This document shows, piece by piece, positions 26,080 through 34,770 of a stretch of 64,000 nt of DNA (the stretch's first letter is position 1; each line of letters opens with the position of its first letter). A model generated the notes under the pieces. The model was not told the DNA's origin. It was given only the letters and a program-made list of their open reading frames with translations, and did no database searches. The stretch spans positions 69,082 to 133,081 of the forward strand of contig JBAZOP010000003.1 in NCBI GenBank assembly GCA_041648665.1, written 5' to 3'. Source of the DNA: a bacterium. Lineage in GTDB: Bacteria > UBA10199 > 2-02-FULL-44-16 > JAAZCA01. A program made the position numbers and the translations under genes.

Positions 26080-26200
26080 GGTTTGCTCCTGCGCTGTGCT
26101 GACGGAATTGTCAGCGGTCGGTACCCGGGAATCGAACCCGGATCTCGCGGCACCAGTTACGGTGTCGCGTGACAGCTTGCTCCTAGGCGCGTCAAACGCA
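26080..26200 (-). repeat. SAS + three-hairpin element #16, including a tRNA T-arm-like hairpin
   Basis: SAS variant catggtttgctcctgcgctg; hairpin gctgacggaattgtcagc; hairpin ccgggaatcgaacccgg, which on the minus strand reads CCGGG-TTCGATT-CCCGG (a T-stem/T-loop); hairpin cgcggcaccagttacggtgtcgcg; then a degenerate SAS, cttgctcctagg. Confidence 0.6.
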
Positions 26201-27370
26201 CCATGCCCGGCGGTCAGATGCCCCGTCAGGCCTTTTGGCTATACCGATTTTGAGGTTGCTGGCGACAGGTTGACTATTGTCGCCAGAGAGCCCCTGCCCA
26301 CGTCTTAGCGTGAGCGGCAGGAGCAGGAGCGGGATCTACTTCCCCCACCACGCTGGTATGCCCAGTCACGGGCGCGTGATGGTTTCGGAACCTGCCTGGA
26401 AGCCGTACGGTCAAAAGCCCCGGGCTATCATGCGGCAGGCTCGCGCAGCTTGGAGCAGCGCGACGATCCAAAATGTCATCCCCGTTGAATTCGATTCACG
26501 TTGCCGGTTCACCTCAGTAGCAGCGGTCCGATTTGGCATGCGTCCCCATGGACAGCCGCGGACTTGCTTGCCCCCCGTCAAAGACAAGGGGCTGAGTTTA
26601 CCCGGTACGCGGGATAGTAGCTCTAGCCGGAACGGAATCTCTCCCGTGGCCCGCGGGTATCAGCCGCAGCGCCCTGCGCGTAGGACGGCTCAGGCGATCT
26701 GAGGGACGGAGCCCAGAGGCGCAGTCACGCCGCACGGTACGCCGTGCGGTTAGGCGAGCACCGCTTGTCCGTTCGCTTGTCGGTTCCGCTTGCTAGTCTT
26801 GCTTCAGGCGTTCACGGATCCAGGAGTCCACGCGAGACCTTGAGCCTTACCGAGCCGCCAAAAGCGACCCCTATACGCGCCGGTCCGAACGGAAACCTGC
26901 CCGGTTCCCTGGTGAGGGGAGGACTTGCGCGCCCCAAATGCTGGCGCAGCAGCGGTCACATGGGCCGGGTAGACCCGTGGCAGCCATCCGCTCGACTAGC
27001 GCGCGTTGCCGCGTCGCAATCGGGGCAGATGTTGCCCTATTGCTTGCAGGGTACGCCCCGCAAGGCTGGCGTGGTCCGGTCAAGGGCACCGGCTAGGCTC
27101 ACCCCACAACAGGCAGGCTCGCCAGGGGAGCCGCCCCGCCAACCGGGGCCGCGCTCCACCCTGTTGTTGTCCTGCACCCCACCCCCTCCCCTCCTATACG
27201 TGGCGATAGTGTTTCGCTATCAGCGCGTACAGGGGGTACATCGTGGCGATAGTGCACTGGTATAGTGTATCGTATTGCAGCGTCACGCGGTGTATTGTGA
27301 GGTGGTGTGATGTATCGCTGGAGCTTGCTGTCCAGCTTGGGAACGGAGCGCGCAGGGAGCGCGTGCGACG
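26201..27370. other. ~1.2 kb non-coding hub (candidate regulatory/ori region or ncRNA)
   Basis: Only R-rich junk ORFs are present. Contains a 9-bp-stem palindrome (ctggcgaca...tgtcgccag, ~26262-26290), CGCTTG x3 repeats (~26770-26800) and AT-richer iteron-like repeats (cgtggcgatagtg x2, GTGTAT x3, ATAGTG x3) at ~27190-27320. Confidence 0.5.
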
Positions 27371-27823
27371 CTACCGCGTGCGGCGACGGTGCGAACGGCT
27401 ACGGTTTGGCGTGGCCTTGCGCCGGGCGGCGAACCAGATGCCTGCTACGGCCAGCGCGACGGCTACCGCAACGTAGACCTTGCCGTACGGTTCGCAGCCG
27501 GAACCGTAAAGAGCGGGCAGGGCCAGCAGGGCGGGGCACTGCTTGCCGTGCGATGGCGCAGGTTGCGCGGGCTTCGGGGGCTGCACAGACCCCCACGGCA
27601 CGCATCTGCTCAGCTTTGGATCCCACCTCTGATCTGGTGCGAGGCAACCTCCCTTGCCGCCGTTCGCACCGCACGCGTCCATGAAGGCGTTCAGCGCAGA
27701 GCCCTTTGTCATGTCGAAGGGGATGCTCAGCGCCTGGGCCTGCTGCGCGCAGTCAACAGCCATCGTCGTGGCGGCATCCGCTGGAAGCGCGGCCATCTGC
27801 TTGTAGAAGTCTTCGTAGGTCAT
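27371..27823 (-). CDS. hypothetical protein with C-terminal TM anchor (150 aa)
   Basis: VYVAVAVALAVAGIWFAA, then a basic tail. Confidence 0.5.
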   Translation of the reverse strand: MTYEDFYKQMAALPADAATTMAVDCAQQAQALSIPFDMTKGSALNAFMDACGANGGKGGCLAPDQRWDPKLSRCVPWGSVQPPKPAQPAPSHGKQCPALLALPALYGSGCEPYGKVYVAVAVALAVAGIWFAARRKATPNRSRSHRRRTR

Positions 27824-27864
27824 GCCCCATTATCCACGACCCCCCGGAATCTCCAAGCGCGCGG

Positions 27865-28314
27865 CTACCTCTTGCGTTTGACCGGCGCAGCCGTCTCGCG
27901 CTCCTGTCTCACGTCGCACAGCAGTGCTTCCACCGTGCGCAGCTCGCGCGCAAGTGTCAGCTTGCGCACCTCCAGCCACTTCTCACCTTGAAGCAGCATG
28001 CGCTTCGCGGCCCCCAGCGGACCCCACCAGGAGAGCCCGGAGCGCTTTATCCTGTCCGCGCGCCGCTGCGCTGCCTCGAACGTTGGGAAGACGCCTACGA
28101 GCCGGAAGTGAGGGAAAGGTTGCCGCGCTTCGACGAGGACGGCGTAACGACTGCTCGCGGACCTTTTGGGCGGGACAAACACCGTCTTCTCCCGTAGGAT
28201 GTTTCCGTCCCCGTCTATAGTGGTAACGCGGAGACGCCTTCCGGGCATCAGCTTACGATCTCTGACATTCAACAACGTCAGCGACGACATCGGATGAGGG
28301 TTGGGCTTCTTCAT
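27865..28314 (-). CDS. hypothetical protein (149 aa)
   Basis: ORF track entry. Confidence 0.5.
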   Translation of the reverse strand: MKKPNPHPMSSLTLLNVRDRKLMPGRRLRVTTIDGDGNILREKTVFVPPKRSASSRYAVLVEARQPFPHFRLVGVFPTFEAAQRRADRIKRSGLSWWGPLGAAKRMLLQGEKWLEVRKLTLARELRTVEALLCDVRQERETAAPVKRKR

Positions 28315-28757
28315 CTCCCCTTCACCACATCCAGCGCAACCTTGTACAACTGCGCCAGCGCCATCGGTAGCCCAGGCTTATGGTCGCCACGCCCGCAGCA
28401 CCTGCACCCGCCGTTCGTTGCCATGCCGTGCGGCGTGATGAACATGCAGCTGTTGTCCCCACAACCGGCACGAGCCGTGACCGCTGCGACGGCCTCCACC
28501 AAGCGCGCATCCTCTCCACGAACAGGCGCGTCCTTCGCCAAAGTCGCGGCCAGCGTCCAACCCAAACGCCAAGCCGTTCCCTCTCTCCCTTCGTACGGCG
28601 TCGGATTCTTCTCAGTGCTCCGCAGGGCGATGTAGCTCAGCGCGCCCTCCAGGACGTAGTACACCCCGCTGAGCGGGCCGATCCCCGGCCTGTTCACCGC
28701 TTCGTTCACCTTGTGCAGGATTTCCTCCTGCTCTGGTGTGTGTCTACCCACTGTCAT
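28311..28757 (-). CDS. hypothetical protein (~148 aa)
   Basis: Trimmed to MTVGRHTPEQEE... Confidence 0.5.
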   Translation of the reverse strand: MTVGRHTPEQEEILHKVNEAVNRPGIGPLSGVYYVLEGALSYIALRSTEKNPTPYEGREGTAWRLGWTLAATLAKDAPVRGEDARLVEAVAAVTARAGCGDNSCMFITPHGMATNGGCRCCGRGDHKPGLPMALAQLYKVALDVVKGR

Positions 28758-29445
28758 GAACTCCCTCCTTCTTCTCCGTATCCTGTACGGGGGCGGCAGC
28801 TCGGCGGTTGAAATCATCTGCCAGTGCCCGGAGCACTTCACGAACCGTTTCTCCGTCAAGATCCATATCGGCAGCCAACTCGTGCAACGTTCTTCCCTCG
28901 GCTAACTCGGCGAGCACCCGGGCCAGTGGAAAACGTGTTCCGCGAACTACGGGGAGGCCTCCGCGCATATTTGGGTCCACGTCGATGAACGCAGCAGGAC
29001 CCCGCTCCTGCTTGGCCGCGGCGGGCGGCGAAGAAGAATCGGCAACCGCTCTCTGCCAAAGCCGTTCCGCCGTCTGCTGGTGCAGGTAGATGGCCGGCGG
29101 CTGCTCTGCACTGACCCCGTTGTCGCCCCTCTCGACGAGCCCCGTGTACGTGACCCGAAGAACCAACGGTCCCTCCGCACCCATCACCCAGAGACAGCAC
29201 ACCTTCTCGAACCGAAGCTCCGGATTGGCTGGCCACCCTTCCTTCAGATGTCTGAGGGACGCGCGCGGCCAACACGCCTTGACGAACTCCCACAGGGGCT
29301 CGTTTGGGCGCACGACGAAGGTCAGCGCTCTGCCCTCGTTCACCCAGGGCAGCGGGTCTTTCTCGTGCTGCTCACGCGACCACGTCTGCTGCTCGTTGAA
29401 GTTCTTGTTCGCCTCGTCTACCAGAAAGTCCATCAATGTAGTCAC
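28744..29445 (-). CDS. DUF433-containing protein (233 aa)
   Basis: GLPVVRGTRFPLARVLAELAEGRTLHELAADMDLDGETVREVL resembles DUF433. Confidence 0.55.
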   Translation of the reverse strand: MTTLMDFLVDEANKNFNEQQTWSREQHEKDPLPWVNEGRALTFVVRPNEPLWEFVKACWPRASLRHLKEGWPANPELRFEKVCCLWVMGAEGPLVLRVTYTGLVERGDNGVSAEQPPAIYLHQQTAERLWQRAVADSSSPPAAAKQERGPAAFIDVDPNMRGGLPVVRGTRFPLARVLAELAEGRTLHELAADMDLDGETVREVLRALADDFNRRAAAPVQDTEKKEGVHDSG

Positions 29446-29469
29446 ATCTGCCTCCGGGTTGCCGTAACA

Positions 29470-30399
29470 CTAGATCATGTCGTCGCTCGGCAGGCCCCCA
29501 AGCCAGTCAGGCAGCTTGCAGGCATGGGCAACGCAGTAATCGTACGTGAGATCGCGCTGGATCTGCGTCGGTGCCTTGTCCCCGCAGAACACGAACTGTG
29601 CGTTGTCCAGCAGCATGCTCGTGCAGAATTTCAGCCAGCCATCCGCCGCAAGCCCATCTTCCGTGCTCCCCAGAGCCCCGGCCAGGGCGATGTGCTCGTG
29701 ATAGCGGCAGCGGTAGAATTTTCCCTCCGGGGAGAGCCAGCCCGTGTCCGAAGTCACCGCGTTCTCTGCGGGCGGGAGGGGGAAGCTAGGGGGATCGTCT
29801 TCTTTCTCGACCGGCTCTGCGGGCAACTCCGCCGCAGACGCGCCTTTCGGCCCTTGTGCAGGACTGCCGCTCCGCGCGTCGAAAGGCGGCGGGCACTGTT
29901 GCCAGTAGGGCAGCGTATCGTAGTCGTAGGGCTCCTTGATTATCGGATGGTGCACTAAGGAGCCTCCGCTCCCCGCTTTTCTTTGTGGGATCTTGCGCTT
30001 CCCTGTAGGGCTTGCGACGTACTCCACGTCTCCGATCAGAAGCTGAATCAGGTCTGCTTCGCCGTCTCTCGCCTTGTCCCGCTCCTTCATGAGTCTGGCG
30101 AGCACCGCGGAGAGCTTGGGCAGCGGCTGCCCGTGCACGGTGGTCGTCGCATCGTCGGGCACCATCTCGATGCTGTTTTCGCGGCTGTCCCCAACGAGCT
30201 TCGCTTTGCCTTCAAGGATCTCGATGGCCTGCGCCAACGTGATCCCCTGGAGCCCGTCCATGAGCGTGCGGAGCGCGTGATCGGGGCGATCCTCTTCGGC
30301 CCACAGATTTCGGACATGCTGCGTGAGCCATTCCCCGTCGATGGAAAAGCACAGCGTGTATGTCTCAGCTCGTGCTGCGTTATCGCTCTTGCCTCCCAC
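29470..30399 (-). CDS. hypothetical protein (309 aa)
   Basis: ORF track entry; protein-like translation. Confidence 0.6.
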   Translation of the reverse strand: MGGKSDNAARAETYTLCFSIDGEWLTQHVRNLWAEEDRPDHALRTLMDGLQGITLAQAIEILEGKAKLVGDSRENSIEMVPDDATTTVHGQPLPKLSAVLARLMKERDKARDGEADLIQLLIGDVEYVASPTGKRKIPQRKAGSGGSLVHHPIIKEPYDYDTLPYWQQCPPPFDARSGSPAQGPKGASAAELPAEPVEKEDDPPSFPLPPAENAVTSDTGWLSPEGKFYRCRYHEHIALAGALGSTEDGLAADGWLKFCTSMLLDNAQFVFCGDKAPTQIQRDLTYDYCVAHACKLPDWLGGLPSDDMI

Positions 30400-30413
30400 A
30401 ACTGCCCCCTCCT

Positions 30414-30731
30414 CTACCAGAACATCGCCCGCACGAGATACACGATCCCGCCCAGCAGCCCCGTAGCGACGAACAGGCAGACGGCTGCCAGAATGCCGAG
30501 ACTTCTCCTGGTCACGCGCCGATCAAGCTCGGGGTCCATCCCCTCGAACACCCTATCGAAGAGCCTGATCGCGAGCATCGGCTCGTTCCGCATCGCACGG
30601 AACATCGTGTCGCGCAGGACTTCCTTGTTGACCAGAATGCCGCGCCGGTCCACCCACGACTCCAACGCCACGATGTTGCCCGCGCGCACCAGGGCTCGTC
30701 CCTCTTCCAGCTCTGCTTCGGTCAGCTTCAT
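30414..30731 (-). CDS. hypothetical protein with C-terminal TM (~105 aa)
   Basis: Trimmed to MKLTEAELEEG... Confidence 0.45.
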   Translation of the reverse strand: MKLTEAELEEGRALVRAGNIVALESWVDRRGILVNKEVLRDTMFRAMRNEPMLAIRLFDRVFEGMDPELDRRVTRRSLGILAAVCLFVATGLLGGIVYLVRAMFW

Positions 30732-30930
30732 GGCTCTCCCTCTCCCTGCATCCCATGCACTTGCACCACGTCCACGATCTCGACGGACATGAAGCACCTC
30801 TGCATCTCTTCGCTGTTGTCCAAAGCGTTCTGCACGCACTCCTGCACGAAGCTCAACGTGCTCTCCGTCATCCTGGGCACCCGAATGTTCACGGTCACTT
30901 CCACGAGAGGATCGCTCACTTCTTCACCGC
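30728..30930 (-). CDS. small hypothetical protein (start uncertain)
   Basis: Only the C-terminal ~65 aa of ORF 30728..31120 look protein-like. Confidence 0.3.
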
Positions 30931-31215
30931 CCCGCTCGTAGCCTTGTCTGCCAGACGGATCGCCTTGTCCAACAACCGGAGGGCATCGTCGCGTTCCTTC
31001 CTGAGCACATCGACCATTTTCTCGTGGATGTCGTTGAGCGCAACGACGCGGGCCTGCTCTGTGGCAAGCTGGGCGCGAAGTGCGTCGATCCGCTCTTGGT
31101 CCAACTCTCTCACCAAACACACGGAGCAGCGTCCTCCGTTCGGCTGATCCATCCTATGTAGGGTCGCGACGGTGTGCCCGCAGCCGTGGCAGAAGTATTG
31201 CGCCTGGGTGATCAT
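30916..31215 (-). CDS. zinc-ribbon/coiled-coil protein (~99 aa)
   Basis: CHGCGH...CSVC motifs; trimmed to MITQAQYF... Confidence 0.45.
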   Translation of the reverse strand: MITQAQYFCHGCGHTVATLHRMDQPNGGRCSVCLVRELDQERIDALRAQLATEQARVVALNDIHEKMVDVLRKERDDALRLLDKAIRLADKATSGAVKK

Positions 31216-31406
31216 GCGCCCAGCATAACCACGCGAGCGCCCCGCCGTCAATACGAACGTGTAAAAGAATCAGGATCTCTTCGCCGCCCGCCACGCAGCG
31301 AATGCGGCGAGGCCAGCCAGCGCTGCGATCAGCATCTCATCCCACCAAACAGCCAGGAAGACCAGCGCGGCATCACCGCCACGGTTGCGCGCGAGCTTGC
31401 GTTGCC

Positions 31407-31643
31407 TCACCACGCCGTTTTCTCCCAGTCCTCACGCGGCTTCTCGGGCGCTCCCGTGAACAGCACCGACACGAGAAATCCAGCCACCAAGATCCCGCCC
31501 ACAACGAGCAGGGCGACCGGCATGTCGCCGAAGTCGGGCCTGACGGGAACGAGGTCGCCCATCCACCCAGCGGTTGCGCGCGAAGGGAGAGGTCCACCCT
31601 TGCCGCACGGGCAGGGCTGCTTGTAGGGAGGAAGCTGGCTCAT
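31407..31643 (-). CDS. small membrane protein (78 aa)
   Basis: CPCGKG motif plus a TM helix. Confidence 0.45.
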   Translation of the reverse strand: MSQLPPYKQPCPCGKGGPLPSRATAGWMGDLVPVRPDFGDMPVALLVVGGILVAGFLVSVLFTGAPEKPREDWEKTAW

Positions 31644-31651
31644 GATCGCTC

Positions 31652-31972
31652 CTACAGGTCTTGCCAGTAGATTTTGCCAACATCGTCGGCATAAATCTCA
31701 CGCAGAGCCACTTCCTCCTGCTCCATTTTTGTCACGACGATGAGGTGGGTGACAGGGATGAGATACGTGAGAATGCCGATTGCTGCATCCTGGGCCTCGT
31801 TGAAGCTGCTGAACTTCTTGGACTCCCAGCCGGTTTCCTTCATGGTTCTCTCGTTGATCGCAACGAGCCAACACGACCCGGTCCCGGGGAAGTCGTAGGT
31901 GGGTGCCCGGTGAGCCCACTTCCATCCTGAAGGCAGGCTGGCGACGTTTCTTCGGGCGGCTCCATGTCTCAT
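31652..31972 (-). CDS. hypothetical protein (106 aa)
   Basis: ORF track entry. Confidence 0.5.
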   Translation of the reverse strand: MRHGAARRNVASLPSGWKWAHRAPTYDFPGTGSCWLVAINERTMKETGWESKKFSSFNEAQDAAIGILTYLIPVTHLIVVTKMEQEEVALREIYADDVGKIYWQDL

Positions 31973-32006
31973 GGATCCGGATCCTACATCCAGATCCCGG
32001 GTTCTG

Positions 32007-32333
32007 TCACGGATCTCGATGCCCGCAGTACCGACAGCGCATCTTCGCGGCGTAGGTGACCGCTGAGTAGAACCGGGTGCGGTACAGGCCCTTCTTCCCG
32101 CACTTCGGGCACACCTCGAACCGCTCGCCCTTCTTCACCCGCACGCAGTCGGTGACGATCGGTCGTGCATCTCCACGATCGCATCGTGAGCAGTGGGCGA
32201 CCTCCCCTACAACGGGTCTTCGAGCCATCAGGTGTCCGACCTCGTGTCCGCACTCCAGCACCAGCCTACCGAGCCCGACCTTGCGCCCGTGGTTGTACAC
32301 GCGGTTCTTCCTTGCAACGATCTTGCGCAGCAT
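32007..32333 (-). CDS. zinc-ribbon protein (~108 aa)
   Basis: CSRCD...CPKCG...CRYCG motifs; trimmed to MLRKIVARKN... Confidence 0.5.
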   Translation of the reverse strand: MLRKIVARKNRVYNHGRKVGLGRLVLECGHEVGHLMARRPVVGEVAHCSRCDRGDARPIVTDCVRVKKGERFEVCPKCGKKGLYRTRFYSAVTYAAKMRCRYCGHRDP

Positions 32334-32341
32334 CGGCACCT

Positions 32342-32587
32342 TCAGGAAGGGAGGGTGAACTTCCCCATGGACTTGAAGTCTCCATTGGTCTGGATCACGC
32401 CCATCAGCACGTCCCCGTGCCCCTGGTGCTCGGAGACAAAGGCCGCGAGCTGGTCGCACTCCTGCATCGTGTCCGGGATCAACATCACGTTGCAGATCGT
32501 GCAGAGCATGGCCGCGTCCTTCTCCTCATCGTCCAGTCCGTCGTCTTCGGCGGGACCAGGGCACTCCTGAACGTCAGCGGTCTTCAT
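32342..32587 (-). CDS. small acidic Cys-containing protein (~81 aa)
   Basis: Trimmed to MKTADVQECPG... Confidence 0.4.
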   Translation of the reverse strand: MKTADVQECPGPAEDDGLDDEEKDAAMLCTICNVMLIPDTMQECDQLAAFVSEHQGHGDVLMGVIQTNGDFKSMGKFTLPS

Positions 32588-32790
32588 TTTACTCGGCTCT
32601 GGTGCCGCCCTCGGGCATGGAATCACAACGGTATCAGGCCGCTTGGCGCATCGCAAGGGGAAGGGCGAACCACAAAAGACGAACGCCCCACCGGACCATC
32701 CGGCAGGGCGCACGCCTTTCGCGTAACTCAGCTCGGCCAAGATGCCCACTGCGCTACCCGATGTCAACGGCCACGGTGTAGAATGCTCCC

Positions 32791-33537
32791 ATGCGCAACG
32801 GGACCGGCTGCATCCACGACCCGCCCACCGTCCGCGGCTCGCACTCGAAAGAGCAGGTGTTCGGGACAGCCCTGCTCAACGAGCCCCCGGACATCCTGGA
32901 CCTGACCCTCCTGATCGACAGCATCCGGCAGCAGAACCGGCAGCCTACTTGCGTTGGCTTCGGCACAGGTCAAGCCATCCAGGTGGTGGCCAAGCAGAAC
33001 GGATGCCCGCACATCGCCGTGCCCTCCGCTCGGCACCTGTTTGCCCAAGCCTGCGGCATCGCTCACGACCCGGGGCTGGACGGCACGACCATCGGGGCCT
33101 GCATCGAGGGAGCGCAGCTGGGCGGCATCATCGACGAGAATCTCCTGCCGTACGACCCGGCGAAGGTCTACGACGAGATCGACCTGGACGTGCTCCAGAT
33201 GGGGCTCGTGCGCATCGGCCTGAAGGCGCACCGGCTCATCGAGTTCGGCGAAGACGTGGACAGGGCTGTGAAGCTCGCCGTAGCGTCAGGCAAGGGCGTC
33301 GTGGGCGGCATCGACGTGGACGATCTGTTCTTGGAGTGGCCCGCGGGAGAGGTCTACCCGGGCATCACGGGCGAGTACGCGGGCGGGCACGCCATGAACT
33401 TGCTCGATTTTCCGCTGGGACTGCCCCGCTGGGTTGGCAGCTACGGCGCGAATTGGGCAGAGGGCGGGCTCATCACAACGGCGTGGGATGTCGTGAGGAA
33501 GGCGAGGTCGCTGTGGATCATCGACTACGTGCCGTAG
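32791..33537 (+). CDS. hypothetical protein (248 aa); weak papain-like Q..C pattern
   Basis: Plus-strand gene in an otherwise minus-strand block; NRQPTCVGFGTGQA. Confidence 0.5.
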   Translation: MRNGTGCIHDPPTVRGSHSKEQVFGTALLNEPPDILDLTLLIDSIRQQNRQPTCVGFGTGQAIQVVAKQNGCPHIAVPSARHLFAQACGIAHDPGLDGTTIGACIEGAQLGGIIDENLLPYDPAKVYDEIDLDVLQMGLVRIGLKAHRLIEFGEDVDRAVKLAVASGKGVVGGIDVDDLFLEWPAGEVYPGITGEYAGGHAMNLLDFPLGLPRWVGSYGANWAEGGLITTAWDVVRKARSLWIIDYVP

Positions 33538-33800
33538 CGGCACTTCTGCTGCTCACCGATTGCGGCACCTGCGAGCCGCCGCCGCCGAAGCCCCCGGGCG
33601 AGCCCAGTGTGCAAGCGGCATGCGACACGTTGTGTCGCTTCAAGTGCCCGGAGTGCACACCGAAGGCCATGTCGTGTCAGGATTCGCTCAGTAGGCTCCT
33701 GGAAGTCGGCACGGTCACGCCAGAGAGGCTGTCGTGCATCTCGGGAGCGGACGGGGTTGAGCAGCTTGCGACGTGCAAGGTGAAGTGCGCCGGGCAGTGA
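33513..33800 (+). CDS. putative Cys-rich secreted/lipoprotein (~95 aa)
   Basis: GTG start inside the tail of ORF 32742..33800; the lipobox-like LTDC has D at -1, which is atypical. Confidence 0.3.
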   Translation: MDHRLRAVAALLLLTDCGTCEPPPPKPPGEPSVQAACDTLCRFKCPECTPKAMSCQDSLSRLLEVGTVTPERLSCISGADGVEQLATCKVKCAGQ

Positions 33801-33801
33801 T

Positions 33802-34017
33802 TCAGTCGCTCTTGCCGATCAGCTGTTGAACCATTTTGGTCAGGCAGTGGTCCGAGCGAAAGCTCTTCACCCGACGCCAGCTCTGCTCGCCCATGGCATC
33901 CAAGCCTCCCTCTTCAATCGAAAGGTAGCCCGATTCCTCTAGCACGACACGACACAGCGTTTCCACCTCGTGGTTCACCTTCGACGCGTACCCATGAAAG
34001 AGAAGTTTTCCAGTCAT
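33802..34017 (-). CDS. hypothetical protein (71 aa)
   Basis: ORF track entry. Confidence 0.45.
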   Translation of the reverse strand: MTGKLLFHGYASKVNHEVETLCRVVLEESGYLSIEEGGLDAMGEQSWRRVKSFRSDHCLTKMVQQLIGKSD

Positions 34018-34023
34018 TTTGTA

Positions 34024-34221
34024 TCACCTTTTGCACCCGGCTCCTCGGGGTAGGACCCACACACCGTCCCGCCTACGCACGAGAAACACTTCCTTCATCA
34101 CACGCCAAGCACGCCCACACCACCGACTCTGCTCTGGCGTCATTTGCGAGTCTGTTATCCTTGGGTCAGTGAGCGCCAACAGGATCTGCTGGCATCGCTT
34201 CAAGTCGTTCGGTGGTTTCAT
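34024..34221 (-). CDS. small hypothetical protein
   Basis: Trimmed to MKPPNDLKRCQQ... Confidence 0.35.
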   Translation of the reverse strand: MKPPNDLKRCQQILLALTDPRITDSQMTPEQSRWCGRAWRVMKEVFLVRRRDGVWVLPRGAGCKR

Positions 34222-34547
34222 CGTGGATTCTCCTTGTGCTGCCGCCACGCCCTCTCGAACTCTGCCTTCTCGCGCTCGGCCCGCTTCTGCTTCTCGCGGT
34301 CCTCTGCCACCGTGCGAGCCAGTGACTCTACCCGCTCCAGATTCTTCAGCACGATCTCGTTAGCTGCTTTCGTCACCGCGTCACGAAGAATCTTCGCACA
34401 CCCCTCGCAGGTGTCGTTGATAACGGGCCACTTGCGCGTCTCGGGTATGTCCCAGCCCTCGAAGTTGGGGCTCGTCTGGAACGAGCCGTAGTTTTCCGTC
34501 GCGTCACTGAGCCGCCTAGCGCACACGCCACAATAGCAAGCCATCAC
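34218..34547 (-). CDS. Cys-containing protein (109 aa)
   Basis: CYCGVC and CEGC motifs. Confidence 0.5.
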   Translation of the reverse strand: MMACYCGVCARRLSDATENYGSFQTSPNFEGWDIPETRKWPVINDTCEGCAKILRDAVTKAANEIVLKNLERVESLARTVAEDREKQKRAEREKAEFERAWRQHKENPR

Positions 34548-34548
34548 G

Positions 34549-34770
34549 TCACCTCGGCAGTCCGAATACCTCCAGCGATCCTTCGTAGTCGCGCCCGGTC
34601 AGGTACCTGAGCGACTCCTTGGAGACCGGGCACCCCATCTTCCAGTCCCACACCCGCTGCGTCCTCGGACCCCAGATGCCATCGACAGCAATCTGCTCGT
34701 CGGCGTGCCACGAGGTGTCGAACTCCATGCGGTTGAGGATGCCCTGAATCTCCTCTACGATGGCGATCAT
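34549..34770 (-). CDS. peptidoglycan-binding domain (PG_binding_1-like) protein
   Basis: IAVDGIWGPRTQRVW matches the DGxxGxxT core of PG-binding domains. Confidence 0.5.
   Translation of the reverse strand: MIAIVEEIQGILNRMEFDTSWHADEQIAVDGIWGPRTQRVWDWKMGCPVSKESLRYLTGRDYEGSLEVFGLPR

Noticed and set aside
26108-26190. Possible intact tRNA gene on the minus strand
   Set aside because: A canonical T-arm (CCGGG-TTCGATT-CCCGG) with a 5-nt variable loop is present. But no 7-bp acceptor stem complementary to the gtaccga 3' strand exists upstream, and the adjacent stem has a 6-nt loop and a 9-bp stem that does not fit anticodon-arm geometry. Kept only as a tRNA-like fragment or hairpin.
18240-26200. 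CRISPR array as the explanation for the hairpin repeats
   Set aside because: The units are not identical direct repeats separated by spacers. They are 60-100 nt spacers between real CDSs, each ending in an SD plus ATG, with hairpins of varying sequence.
18240-26200. Rho-independent terminators after every gene
   Set aside because: None of the hairpins is followed by a U-tract on the coding strand. The genes are in one orientation and many hairpins lie within 5' UTRs downstream of predicted promoters.
26270-27370. Known structured RNA (RNase P RNA, tmRNA, group II intron domain V) in the non-coding hub
   Set aside because: Conserved signatures such as GGAAAGUCCGG, the tmRNA tag-reading-frame ends, or the domain-V AGC/GAAA hairpin were looked for and not found. 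A cgcacggtacgccgtgcg hairpin resembles domain V only superficially.
26277-27684. ORFs 26277..26702, 26744..27265, 27243..27476 and 27307..27684 (all plus) in the hub
   Set aside because: Low-complexity R/P/S-rich translations without SD context; treated as non-coding.
32742-33800. 352-aa plus-strand ORF
   Set aside because: R/P/G-rich and antisense to genes 32342..32587 and others. Only its last ~95 codons, from the GTG at 33513, were retained as a possible small Cys-rich protein.
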